Assembly (NCBI GenBank): GCA_963766735.1
Contig: CAVYBU010000007.1
Coordinates: 256,001 to 320,000 of the forward strand
DNA: 64,000 nt
Direction: 5' to 3'
DNA from: an uncultured Chloroflexia bacterium
GTDB lineage: Bacteria > Chloroflexota > Limnocylindria > Limnocylindrales > CSP1-4
In this document: positions 47,479-58,458 of the stretch, one piece after another
How positions within the stretch are numbered: the stretch's first letter is position 1
How the letters are laid out: the number at the start of each line of letters is the position of its first letter
Position numbers and translations under genes: made by a program
The notes under the pieces: generated by a model
Told to the model about the DNA's origin: nothing
Seen by the model: the letters and a program-made list of their open reading frames with translations, nothing else
Database searches by the model: none

Positions 47479-48284
47479 GGGACGCGCAGGAACCCGGATT
47501 CCGCGAGGATCGCCTGGCCCTCCGGCCCGGCGAGCCAGTCAAGGAACGCCGTGGCGGCCGCGGTATGCCGGGATGAGCTGACCACGACACCAGCGTATGT
47601 CGCCCTGACGTTGGCCGACTCGGGCAGGTCGATCGTGGACACCGCCTTCGACGCGCGGGCGTCAGTGACGTACGCGATGCCGGCATCTCCCTCGCCCAGC
47701 TCGATCTTCGCGACGATCGACCTGGCGTTGTCCTCCTTGGACACGATGTTGGCGGCGTAGGCGGACGCGAAGTCCGCGGGGTAGCCCGCCTCCCGCGAGA
47801 GGTTGTCCACGAGCCGGGTCGCGTACGTCGTGATCGGCACCCCATCACCCGCGGCGATGACCTTCACGCCCGCCATGGCGAGGTCCGCCGGCGTCCGGAT
47901 CCCGGCGGGGTTGTCTTCGGGCACGATGACCGTGAGCCCATTGCCGGCGAACGGGATCGGGATCCCGGAGGCGAAGCCGGCGTCGACGAGCTTCTGCGGG
48001 TTCCTGGTGTCCGCGGACAGGAAGACGTCCGCGGGGGCTCCCTGCTCGATCTGGGTCTCGAGCGTGGTCGAGGAGTCCGTCGCGATCGTCAGCGTGGTGC
48101 CCGGCTTCGCCGCCTCGTATGCCGTGCGGACCTGCTCCAGAACGCCCTTCAGCGATGCGGCGCCGTAGATGGTCAGGCTGGCCTCTGTCGGGCCGAGGCT
48201 CCCATCCGGAGCAGCGGCACCCCCGGAGCAGGCTGCGATGACGAGAGCGAGGGCGGCGGCCCCAACTCCGAGACCGGACTTCAC
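47475..48284 (-). CDS. modA: Molybdate ABC transporter substrate-binding lipoprotein
   Basis: Lipobox IAAC, GAASLK, QIEQGAPADVFLSAD, GEGDAGIAYVTD. Confidence 0.9.
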   Translation of the reverse strand: MKSGLGVGAAALALVIAACSGGAAAPDGSLGPTEASLTIYGAASLKGVLEQVRTAYEAAKPGTTLTIATDSSTTLETQIEQGAPADVFLSADTRNPQKLVDAGFASGIPIPFAGNGLTVIVPEDNPAGIRTPADLAMAGVKVIAAGDGVPITTYATRLVDNLSREAGYPADFASAYAANIVSKEDNARSIVAKIELGEGDAGIAYVTDARASKAVSTIDLPESANVRATYAGVVVSSSRHTAAATAFLDWLAGPEGQAILAESGFLRVP

Positions 48285-48718
48285 GCGCGCGGTTCCCTCG
48301 AAGACGGGATCTCGACGATGACGTTGGTCGACTTGACGACACACACTGCCTCATCGCCAACCTTGAGACCCAGCTCCGCGACGGCCTCGGCGGTCATGAG
48401 GCTGACGAGGCGATGCGGACCGGCGATGACCTCCACGACGGCCGCCACGCGGTCGACCTCCACGCGGGTCACGATGCCTGCGAACCTGTTGCGAGCCGAT
48501 TGGGCAACGATCGGGCGGTCGGTGGCCACCCTCCGGCGCTCGTCCAGGAGCCTCGAGATCTCCTCAATTGCGACCAGGCGCTGTCCACCCTCGGAACGCT
48601 CCATCGCGAGCCGGCCTTCGGCCTCCCAGCGGCGCAGCGTCTCGACGGAGACGCCCAGCATCTCCGCCGCCTGGCCGACGCGGACCTGGGTGCCATGGGC
48701 CTCGACAATCTTGCTCAT
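48281..48718 (-). CDS. MerR-type HTH + TOBE molybdate-responsive regulator
   Basis: VGQAAEMLGVSVETLRRWE HTH; SARNRFAGIV...SLMTAEAVAELGL...VVKST TOBE/Mop domain. Confidence 0.88.
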   Translation of the reverse strand: MSKIVEAHGTQVRVGQAAEMLGVSVETLRRWEAEGRLAMERSEGGQRLVAIEEISRLLDERRRVATDRPIVAQSARNRFAGIVTRVEVDRVAAVVEVIAGPHRLVSLMTAEAVAELGLKVGDEAVCVVKSTNVIVEIPSSREPRA

Positions 48719-48877
48719 ACCCATGAAGTATCGCCAATATGGGCGTACATGTCGAAGTATTGGCCCAAGACGTGAGGTTACGTGAACCTCGCGCGGGGTT
48801 GTCCAACTGGTGATTGCGGCGCGAGTGCCCCTCGGCGTGGTCAGCGTGTCGAAGCCGACCCGGCTACGCTGCGGGAC

Positions 48878-49277
48878 ATGGATGGGCCGATCGACGACAC
48901 CGCGTTCGAGGACTGGGTCTTCGAGGCGATCGACGCCCTTCCCGCTGCCTTCCAGGAGCGCCTCGGCAGCGTCGCCATCGTCATCGAGGAGTGGCCCACC
49001 GCAGGCGCAGCTGGCCTCGGTGGGTGCCGGTGGCCTGTACGGCCTGTACCAGGGCGTGCCGCGCTCCCTGCCCGGCGCAGACCATGCGGCGAGCCCGTCC
49101 AAGATCACGATCTTCCGCGGCCAGCTCGAGCGCCACTACCGCACGCCCCAGGCGCTTCGGGCCAAGGTGATCGACACCGTCCACCACGAGATCGCCCATC
49201 ACTTCGGCATCTCCGACGCCAGGCTGCACGAACTCGCGGCCGAGCACGATGACGGGGCCGGCCGACACGCGCGCTAG
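48878..49277 (+). CDS. Zincin-like metallopeptidase family protein (frameshifted near 49000 as sequenced)
   Basis: MDGPIDDTAFEDWVFEAIDALP...VIEEWPT in one frame continues as LYGLYQGVP...KITIFR...TVHHEIAHHFGISD (HEXXH) in another. Confidence 0.75.
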
Positions 49278-49304
49278 CTCCCCGCCCGCTGCCATACTCA
49301 CGCC

Positions 49305-50000
49305 GTGGACGCGCACATCCTGCTGGTCGAGGACGACCCGTCGATCCGCGAGGTCACGGCCCTCGCCCTCCGAGCGGCCGGCTTCACGGTGAGCGTCGCA
49401 GCGGACGGCCTGGAGGGGCTGGAGCGCTGGCGCTCGGGGCAGCCGGACCTCGTGCTCCTGGACGTGATGCTGCCGAGGATGGACGGCCTCGAGGTCTGCC
49501 GAGCCATTCGCCGCGAGGCCACCACGCCCATCGTCATGCTCACCGCGCGCGCCGACACGATCGACGTGGTCGTGGGCCTCGAGTCCGGCGCCGATGACTA
49601 CCTGCGCAAGCCATTCGAGACGCCGGAGCTGGTGGCCCGCGTGCGCGCTGCGCTCCGCCGCCACGGTCACGAGCCCGCGACCGGGACTCCCGCCGTCCTG
49701 TCCCTGGGCCCACTACGGATCGACCTCGCCGGTCGGACCGTGGAGCGCGATGGTGTCGAGGTCGCCCTGACGCGGACTGAGTTCGACCTGCTCGTGGTAC
49801 TCGCCAGCCACCCCGGGCAGGTGTTCACCCGCGACCTGCTCCTCGACCACGTCTGGGGGTACGACTACCTCGGCGATTCGCGCCTGGTGGACGTGGCCGT
49901 GGGCAGGCTCCGCGCCAAGATCGAGACGGACCCGGCGGTGCCGGCCCTGGTGCTCACCGTGCGGGGCGCCGGCTACAAGGCCGCGCGGCCGACGGGGTAG
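49305..50000 (+). CDS. OmpR/MtrA-like response regulator
   Basis: ILLVEDD, LLDVMLP, GADDYLRKPF, winged HTH VWGYDYLGDSRLVDV...TVRGAGYK. Confidence 0.94.
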   Translation: MDAHILLVEDDPSIREVTALALRAAGFTVSVAADGLEGLERWRSGQPDLVLLDVMLPRMDGLEVCRAIRREATTPIVMLTARADTIDVVVGLESGADDYLRKPFETPELVARVRAALRRHGHEPATGTPAVLSLGPLRIDLAGRTVERDGVEVALTRTEFDLLVVLASHPGQVFTRDLLLDHVWGYDYLGDSRLVDVAVGRLRAKIETDPAVPALVLTVRGAGYKAARPTG

Positions 50001-50010
50001 GACGACACCG

Positions 50011-51450
50011 GTGACCATCGGCATCCGTGCCCGGCTCGCGATCACCCTGGTCGCCCTGGTGGCCGTCACCGTGGCGGCGCTCGGGGTGGGCGTCTACGTG
50101 TTCGTCGACACCTCCCTGCGCGCTCGACTCCTCGCCGACGCCCGGCAGCAGGTGGACTACGACATCTCGGTCCTCATGCCCGGCGCCGACCCCCGGCCGA
50201 CGGACGCGCGGTCCTTCGCGGCGAGCGGCCTTCCGACGGCGTTCGCGCTCCGAGGAGCAGGCCGCGTGATCGCGGACTTCGGCGACGGATCGCCATACGA
50301 GCCCGGTGACCTGGCCGGGGCGTTGGGGCAGATCTCGCCCGAACTCACCGCGATCGTCAGGAGCGGCCAGCTCGGGTACGCGTGGCAGCCCCTCGGTGAC
50401 GCACCGGTCCTGGTCGTGGGTGGCAGACAGGGCGGTCCGCCGGAGCTGTACGTCGTCTTCTCGGCCGCCCCCATCGAGGATGCGCTCGCCCAGCTGCGGG
50501 TCGGACTCCTGGCGGGGTGGGCGGCCGCAATCGGGATGGCGCTCCTGGTTGCTGGGATCATTGCCCGGTGGCTGCTGCGGCCCGTGACGGCAGCTGCTCG
50601 CGCGGCGCGGCGGATCGCAGGCGGCGACCTCACGGCACGCGTGCCGGCGGGTGGCGCCGACGAGGTCGGGCGATGGGCGGCGGACTTCAACCGCATGGCC
50701 GACTCGCTCCAGGGGACGATCGCACGCCTTGAGTCGGCCCAACAGCACAACCAGCGATTCGTGGCGGACGTCGCCCACGAGCTGCGAACGCCGCTGACGG
50801 CCCTCGTGACCGAGGCGTCGCTGATCGTCGGTTCCCTCGGTGAGCTACCACCCGACGCGCGCAGGGCGGCTGAGTTGCTGGCCATCGACATCCGCCGGCT
50901 GCGGGTCCTGGTGGACGACCTGATGGAGATCTCACGCTTTGACTCCGAGGCGGAACGAACCAGCCTCGAGCCGGTTGACCTCGTGCGCGTCTTGACCGGA
51001 GCCGTAGCCGCACGCCTGCCGGAGGCGGCCGTCACGCTGCCGCCCACGCCGCTGGTGGTCGAATCGGAGCCCCGGCGGCTGGACCGCATCCTGGGGAACC
51101 TGCTCGACAACGCCCGGGATCACGCACCGGGCTCGCCGGTGGAGGTCGCTCTCGCGCGCACCCGCGAAGGGGCGGTGATCGTGGTGGCGGACCGCGGGCC
51201 CGGCGTCCGGGCCGACGCTCTCCCCCATCTGTTCGACCGGTTCTACAAGGCAGACCCGTCCCGTGCCGGGGGCACCTCCGGCCTCGGGCTGGCCATCGCC
51301 GCGGAACATGCCGCGCTCCTGGGGGGTTCGCTGCGCGCCCGCTCACGCCCGGGTGGCGGCCTGATGCTCACCCTCACGCTGCCCGTGACCGGATCGTTAC
51401 CAGCGGGTCATGCGGTCGACACGCGCCCTGCGGATGCTGTGGCCACATGA
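50011..51450 (+). CDS. HAMP-containing sensor histidine kinase (MtrB-like)
   Basis: Two TM segments, HAMP, DVAHELRTPL, NLLDNA, DRGPG, FDRFY, GLGLAI. Confidence 0.93.
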   Translation: MTIGIRARLAITLVALVAVTVAALGVGVYVFVDTSLRARLLADARQQVDYDISVLMPGADPRPTDARSFAASGLPTAFALRGAGRVIADFGDGSPYEPGDLAGALGQISPELTAIVRSGQLGYAWQPLGDAPVLVVGGRQGGPPELYVVFSAAPIEDALAQLRVGLLAGWAAAIGMALLVAGIIARWLLRPVTAAARAARRIAGGDLTARVPAGGADEVGRWAADFNRMADSLQGTIARLESAQQHNQRFVADVAHELRTPLTALVTEASLIVGSLGELPPDARRAAELLAIDIRRLRVLVDDLMEISRFDSEAERTSLEPVDLVRVLTGAVAARLPEAAVTLPPTPLVVESEPRRLDRILGNLLDNARDHAPGSPVEVALARTREGAVIVVADRGPGVRADALPHLFDRFYKADPSRAGGTSGLGLAIAAEHAALLGGSLRARSRPGGGLMLTLTLPVTGSLPAGHAVDTRPADAVAT

Positions 51451-51472
51451 GATCCGCACCGAGGACCGGGCC

Positions 51473-52489
51473 GTGACCCCCGCCATTCGCGCCGCCGCAG
51501 CAGCCGCCCTCATGGCTGCCGTCGCCATCACGTGGGCCGCGTGCGCCCCGTCCACGGGCTCATTGGGCACGCCCGCCGCCCCCGTCGTCACGCAGACGCC
51601 CCCCGACGAGGCAAGCCCGTCCGACGTCGCGCCGGAAACGCCGCTGCCCAGCGCGTCGCCGACCACGGCTCCCAGCACGAACCCGACCGGATCCGGCGCG
51701 CCCGCCACGCCGAACCCGGCCGCGACACCGTCCGCCACCCCCACCGGGACCACGATCGTCCGCGCCTACTTCATGCTCGGCAGCTTCACCGACAATCCCG
51801 GGCTGGCTCCGGTGCTGCGAACCGTCCCGGAGACCCGGGCCGTGGCCAGGGCGGCGATGAACGCGCTCCTCGCGGGGCCGGAGGGCGCCGAGCTGGAGGC
51901 ATCGCCCGCCATGTACACCGCGATCCCGGATGGGACGCGGCTCCTGGGCCTGGCCATCAGTGACGGGATCGCCACGGTGGACCTGTCGAGCGAGTTCGAG
52001 TCCGGAGGTGGGTCGGCCTCAGCATTCACGCGGCTCGCGCAGGTCGTCTACACGCTCACGCAGTTCCCGTCCGTAGAGGAGGTCCTGTTCCGGATCGAGG
52101 ACGAACCGGTGACCGTGTTCAGCTCGGAGGGCATCGTCCTGGTCGGCCCCGTGGATCGCGCCGACTACCGCGACTCCCTGCCCGCGATCTTCGTGGACCG
52201 CCCGGCCTGGGGCGCCTCGGCCGGCAACCCGCTGAAGCTGAGTGGCCTGGCGAACGTGTTCGAGGCCCAGTTCCGCGTCCAGCTTCTGGACAAGACCGGG
52301 ACCCTCATCGCGGACAGGCCGGTCACGGCTTCGTGCGGCACGGGGTGCTGGGGGACGTTCAAGGCCGATGTCGTCTACGCGGTGGACAAGGCCCAGTACG
52401 GCACCCTGCGCGTGTTCGACCTCTCGCCCAGGGACGGCGCTCCCGAGAACGTCACCGAGTACAGGGTCTGGCTGACGCCCGCGCCCTGA
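51473..52489 (+). CDS. GerMN-domain lipoprotein with a C-terminal Gmad2-like Ig domain
   Basis: Lipobox-like WAAC, P/T-rich linker, ATVDLSSEF...LAQVVYTLTQFPSV, GLANVFEAQF...GCWGTF. Confidence 0.82.
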   Translation: MTPAIRAAAAAALMAAVAITWAACAPSTGSLGTPAAPVVTQTPPDEASPSDVAPETPLPSASPTTAPSTNPTGSGAPATPNPAATPSATPTGTTIVRAYFMLGSFTDNPGLAPVLRTVPETRAVARAAMNALLAGPEGAELEASPAMYTAIPDGTRLLGLAISDGIATVDLSSEFESGGGSASAFTRLAQVVYTLTQFPSVEEVLFRIEDEPVTVFSSEGIVLVGPVDRADYRDSLPAIFVDRPAWGASAGNPLKLSGLANVFEAQFRVQLLDKTGTLIADRPVTASCGTGCWGTFKADVVYAVDKAQYGTLRVFDLSPRDGAPENVTEYRVWLTPAP

Positions 52490-52525
52490 GGTCCCACGGG
52501 CAGCGGCGTCAGCCCACGCGCGCGC

Positions 52526-53794
52526 TCACTCCTTGACGTACGGCGTCCCGTCTGCGGCGGGCATGCGTACCCGCCCCACGAGACCAGCGACCACGGCGAT
52601 CGTCGTGATGTACGGGATCATGCCCAGGAACTCCGAGGGCACCGCCGAGCCCAGGATCGAGAGCCGGCTCTGCAACGCGTCGGCGAAGCCGAACACGAGG
52701 CTGGCGAGGAACGCCCCGATGGGTGTCCAGCCGCCGAAGATCATCGCCGCCAGGCCGATGAAGCCGCGGCCGGCCGTCATGTCGCGCTCGAAGGTACCGG
52801 TGGATCCGATCGTGAAGTAGGCGCCACCGATGCCGGCGACCATGCCGCCCAGGATGACGTTCCGGTAGCGCGTGAACTGGACGTTGATGCCCACCGTGTC
52901 CGCCGCCCGCGGGTGCTCGCCCACGGCCCGGACCCGCAGACCGAACCGTGTGTAGAACAGCACGAAATGGATGAGGCCGACCAGCACGAACAGCGCGTAC
53001 ACGAAGAAGCTGCCCGAGAAGAAGATCGGCCCGATGATCGGGATGTCCGACAGCACCGGGATCACGATCGGCTCGAAACGCGGCGGGATATTGAGCTCTT
53101 TGTTCTGCGACAGGACGCGGGTGGACAGGAACGCCGTGATCCCGGCAGCGAAGATGTTGATCACGGTGCCGGCGATGATCTGGTTGACGCGATACCGGAT
53201 CGCCAGGACGGCCAGCACCGCAGCCAGCAGCCCCCCGGTGATGGTGGCACCGATCAGGCCGGCCCAGGTGCTGCCGGTCATGCTCGCGACGACGGCCGCC
53301 ACGAAGGCTCCCGAGAGGAGCATGCCCTCGATCGCGATGTTCACCACGCCTGATCGCTCGCAGAGAACGCCCGACAGCGCGGCGAAGGTGATCGGGACCG
53401 CCCGGTAGAGCGTCGTCTGGAAGACGCCGACCAGGCTCATGGACTTCCCGGCCGCGGTCCAGGTCAGGAACCCGAATATGAACGCGATGAGCGCGATGGA
53501 GAGCAGGACCGCCCACTTGGCGCCCACGGCCCTGGTCAGCTGGAGTGCGCCGCAGAACACCGCGACGCCCGCCATGAGGTAGATGACGGGTGTCGACGGG
53601 AGCACGAGGTCCGGCAGCCTGATCGCCGGCGCGGAGCCCAGGTTGAGGGTGAACTTCGTCTCGGTCCCCGGCTCGATGCCCGAGCCGAAGACGAGGACCA
53701 GCAGCGCCGCGAGGCCGAAGTAGAACGCGGCCAGGACGATTGCCCGGCGACTGACCGTCCTGGGAGCGGGCATCACGGCGGTCGTGGTGCTCAT
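52526..53794 (-). CDS. Nucleoside/sugar ABC transporter permease
   Basis: ERSGVVNIAIEGMLL, GLRVRAVGEHPRAADTVGI, GRGFIGLAAMIFGGW. Confidence 0.9.
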   Translation of the reverse strand: MSTTTAVMPAPRTVSRRAIVLAAFYFGLAALLVLVFGSGIEPGTETKFTLNLGSAPAIRLPDLVLPSTPVIYLMAGVAVFCGALQLTRAVGAKWAVLLSIALIAFIFGFLTWTAAGKSMSLVGVFQTTLYRAVPITFAALSGVLCERSGVVNIAIEGMLLSGAFVAAVVASMTGSTWAGLIGATITGGLLAAVLAVLAIRYRVNQIIAGTVINIFAAGITAFLSTRVLSQNKELNIPPRFEPIVIPVLSDIPIIGPIFFSGSFFVYALFVLVGLIHFVLFYTRFGLRVRAVGEHPRAADTVGINVQFTRYRNVILGGMVAGIGGAYFTIGSTGTFERDMTAGRGFIGLAAMIFGGWTPIGAFLASLVFGFADALQSRLSILGSAVPSEFLGMIPYITTIAVVAGLVGRVRMPAADGTPYVKE

Positions 53795-55061
53795 GCCCGC
53801 CACCCCTGCGCGAGGATCTCGGTGCCCGTCGTGCGCGCGGCCTTGATGCGGTAGATCTGACGGATCAGCGCGGGCGCCGCGACGAACATGATCACGAGCG
53901 CCTGGATGACGACCACGAGGTCGATCGGGATGCCGGTCGCCGCCTGCATCGGCGTGGCCCCGGCGCGCAGCGCCCCGAACAGCAGCGCGGCAAGGACGAC
54001 GCCCAGCGGCGACGAGCCGCCGAGCAGGGCGATTGCGATCCCATCGAAGCCGTAGCCCGGCGAGAAGCCCGGGGTCATGGCCTTGTTGACGCCGATGATC
54101 TCGGTCGTGCCCGCCAGCCCGGCAAGCCCGCCACAGATCGACATCGTGAGGATGAGGGTCCGCGAGATGTTCATGCCGGCGTACCGCGCACCCGACGGGT
54201 TCAGCCCCACGGCACGGAATTCGAAGCCCAGCGTGGACCGGAACAGGAGCCATGAGACGAACGCGGCGGCGAGCAGGGCGAGCACGAACCCCCAGTTGAC
54301 CCGCAGCCCCTCGATGAGCGGCGGGATCATCGCCGACCCGTCGACGATCGGCGAGACGGGGTCACTGCGGCCAGGCCTCTGATAGAAGGGCTGCCGGAGC
54401 ACCCATGTCACGAGCAGGTACGCCACGTAGTTGAGCATGATCGTGACGATCACCTCGTGGGCACCCGTGCGCGCCTTGAGGAGGCCGGGGATGAAGCCCC
54501 ACAGGGCGCCTCCCAGGAAGCCGGCGGCGATCGTGATGGGCAGGTGCACGAACCACGGGAGCCCGTGAAGCGAGAAGCCGACGAAGGTGGCGACGATCGC
54601 GCCGAGGTACAGCTGGCCCTCGGCCCCGATGTTGAACAGGCCGCTGCGGAAGCCGAGGGCGACGGCGAGGCCGGTGAAGATGAGCGGCGTCGCCGCGAGG
54701 ATTGTCTCGCTGATCGGCCGGAACGCGAGCTTGATCTGGTCGATGTCGCCGGACGTGAACGCCTCGATGTAGTCGCGCGGGCTCCCGATAGCGCCCGCGA
54801 TCAGCGCCCCGTAGCCCTCGAGGACGGCGCGGATGGATGCCCCGGCCGCCTTGACCGGGTTGGTCGTCCACATCTCCAGGAGGACCGGATCCGACAGCAC
54901 GATGATGAACGCGCCGATGAGCATCGCCGTGAACACCGCCAGGAACGGCAACACGATGCGGCCGGGCAGGCGGCGGATCCAGCCGGGCTCGGCGGGCTCG
55001 GCGGGCTCCACGGGCTCGGCGGGCTCCACGGGCTCGGCGGGGGTGGGAACGCTTGCGTCGC

Positions 55062-55065
<4 letters not shown>
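53791..55065 (-). CDS. Nucleoside/sugar ABC transporter permease
   Basis: GLFNIGAEGQ, HEVIVTIMLNY, GFEFRAVGLNP, GFDGIAIALLG. Confidence 0.9.
54984..55040. repeat. 9-bp tandem repeat encoding PAE/PVE in the permease N-terminus
   Basis: About six copies of CGGGCTC(GG/CA). Confidence 0.8.
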
Positions 55066-56654
<1,589 letters not shown>

Positions 56655-56681
56655 GTGTGCCTCAGCTGTGCCTGGTTATGG

Positions 56682-56712
56682 ACGGGCGGCGCCTGACGTG
56701 AGCGCCGCCCGT
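56682..56712 (-). terminator. Intercistronic hairpin after the BMP gene
   Basis: ACGGGCGGCGC-N9-GCGCCGCCCGT, an 11-bp stem. Confidence 0.55.
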
Positions 56713-56734
56713 ACCCTACGGTCGATGGATGCGA

Positions 56735-57865
56735 CTACTTCTTTGCGTAGTAGTCCGCCGGCTTCACCTCGCCGGAGATGATCTTCGCCTTCAGGGCATC
56801 GACGCCGTCCTTCAGCTCCTGCGAGACCGCGGAGTCGAAGGTGTTGTACGGGCCAATGTCCACGCCGCCGTTGGCGAGCGTGCTGACGAACAGGGCCTGG
56901 GGGGCCTCGCCCTTGACCGCGCGATCGATAGCCGCCGTGACGGAGACGTCGATCTTCTTGAGGACGCTGGTCAGGAGGATGTCGCAGTACTGCGGCGCGG
57001 ACACGCACCAGTCGACATCGACGCCGATGCCGTAGTCCTGGGCCGGAGACTCCTGGAGCGCCGTGTAGGCGCCGCCGCCGATCGGGCCGCCGACGGGCAG
57101 GATGACGTCAGCGCCTTCCTGGAGCATCGGGACGGTCAGGGCCTTGGCGTTGTCAAGCGAGTCGAAGTCACCCGTGAACGAGCCCTCGCCCTTGACGGGA
57201 TCCCAGCCGAGCACGCTGACGCTCGTGCCCATCGCCTCGTTGTAGTAGTTGGCGCCGGCCACGAAGCCGCTCATGAAGTCGGTCACGCCGCCGCCGATGT
57301 TGATGCCGCCGAAGGTGCCCATGATCCCGGACTTTGACATCCCGGCCGACACGTATCCGACGAGCATCGCCGCTTCACTGGTCGTGTAGACGAGGCCCTC
57401 GACGTTCGGGATCGCCGGGTCGTAGGCGTAGTCGACGATCGCGAACCGGATGCCCGGGTTGGCCTCGGCAGCGGCCTTCGTGGCATCGCCGAGCAGGAAC
57501 CCGACGGTCACGATCATGTCGCACTTTTCAGTGACGAACTGGTTGATGTTCTTCTCGTAGTCGGTCGCGGCTCGCGACTCGAGGAACTTGACCTCGATGC
57601 CGAGCTGCGCCTGGGCATCTTCCATGCCCTTCCAGGCGTTCTCGTTGAAGCTGTTGTCGTCGATGCCGCCGACGTCGCTGACCATGCAGGCCTTGAAGGC
57701 GATCGGCTCAGCGGTCGGCGCGGGGGTGGCGGGCTCGGGGGTGGCGGGCGCCGCCGTGGCAGGGGCGGCGGTGACCGGAGCCGTGGTCGCGGTGGAGCCG
57801 CCACAGGCGGCAAAGATGAACGACGCGGCACCCACAAGGGCGACGAGTCGAGTGCTGGTCCGCAA
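56735..57865 (-). CDS. BMP-family ABC substrate-binding lipoprotein (nucleoside-binding type)
   Basis: GAGGAGG RBS + TTG; lipobox FAAC; DVGGIDDNSFNENAWKG, GADVI, IGVDVD. Confidence 0.9.
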   Translation of the reverse strand: MRTSTRLVALVGAASFIFAACGGSTATTAPVTAAPATAAPATPEPATPAPTAEPIAFKACMVSDVGGIDDNSFNENAWKGMEDAQAQLGIEVKFLESRAATDYEKNINQFVTEKCDMIVTVGFLLGDATKAAAEANPGIRFAIVDYAYDPAIPNVEGLVYTTSEAAMLVGYVSAGMSKSGIMGTFGGINIGGGVTDFMSGFVAGANYYNEAMGTSVSVLGWDPVKGEGSFTGDFDSLDNAKALTVPMLQEGADVILPVGGPIGGGAYTALQESPAQDYGIGVDVDWCVSAPQYCDILLTSVLKKIDVSVTAAIDRAVKGEAPQALFVSTLANGGVDIGPYNTFDSAVSQELKDGVDALKAKIISGEVKPADYYAKK

Positions 57866-58181
57866 GGTATCTTCCTCCTCGTTGTCCCGGCACCGGAGCG
57901 CGATGCTCATGGTCGCCGAGAACATCCTGACGCATCACTGGCGCCAACAGACGCCGCTCGTCACGGAACGCGTGCGGCCACATCGCGACCGACAGCCGGG
58001 CGGCTGACTGCGAGAATAGCGCACCGGGACTCGTCCGTTAGTGCCCGACGGACCATCCGACCTGGTCTGTCGGCACGGGCCAGGCCTCGCCGCCACGGCA
58101 CCACGACGTTCCCACTGCGGCCACCCCTCTGGGCCCTCGCTGGCGAACCGAAGAAAGTCGCTCGCGGGTCCGTCCCGGCCC

Positions 58182-58454
58182 CTAGCCGATGACGAACGCC
58201 GCAACCACGCAGACGACCCCGGCGATCACGATCAGCCCGCCGGTCTGCGCCTTGCGGCGGAACATCTGCATCGCGACGGACGATCCGGTCTTGGGATCCG
58301 TGCGCGGCCCGCCGCGCCAGGCCTCGTAGCGGGCCACGTTGGCGTCCTGCTCGCGCAGGGCCATGTAGCGGCGATACGGATCGCGGGCACGAACCACGCC
58401 AAGGACGATCAGGGCGACCCCCACGAGCAGGAGCAGCAACCCGGCCAGGCTCAT
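58182..58454 (-). CDS. Small two-TM hypothetical protein
   Basis: MSLAGLLLLLVGVALIVLG...REQDANVARYEAWRGG...GLIVIAGVVCVVAAFVIG; GGAGG RBS. Confidence 0.7.
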   Translation of the reverse strand: MSLAGLLLLLVGVALIVLGVVRARDPYRRYMALREQDANVARYEAWRGGPRTDPKTGSSVAMQMFRRKAQTGGLIVIAGVVCVVAAFVIG

Positions 58455-58458
58455 CGCG

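Noticed and set aside
48990-49010. Programmed ribosomal frameshift in the zincin gene
   Set aside because: No slippery heptamer, and similar breaks elsewhere in the window point to indel errors.
57866-58180. Purine or other riboswitch in the long leader of the BMP operon
   Set aside because: No match to riboswitch consensus elements that I can recognise by eye; an Rfam scan would settle it.
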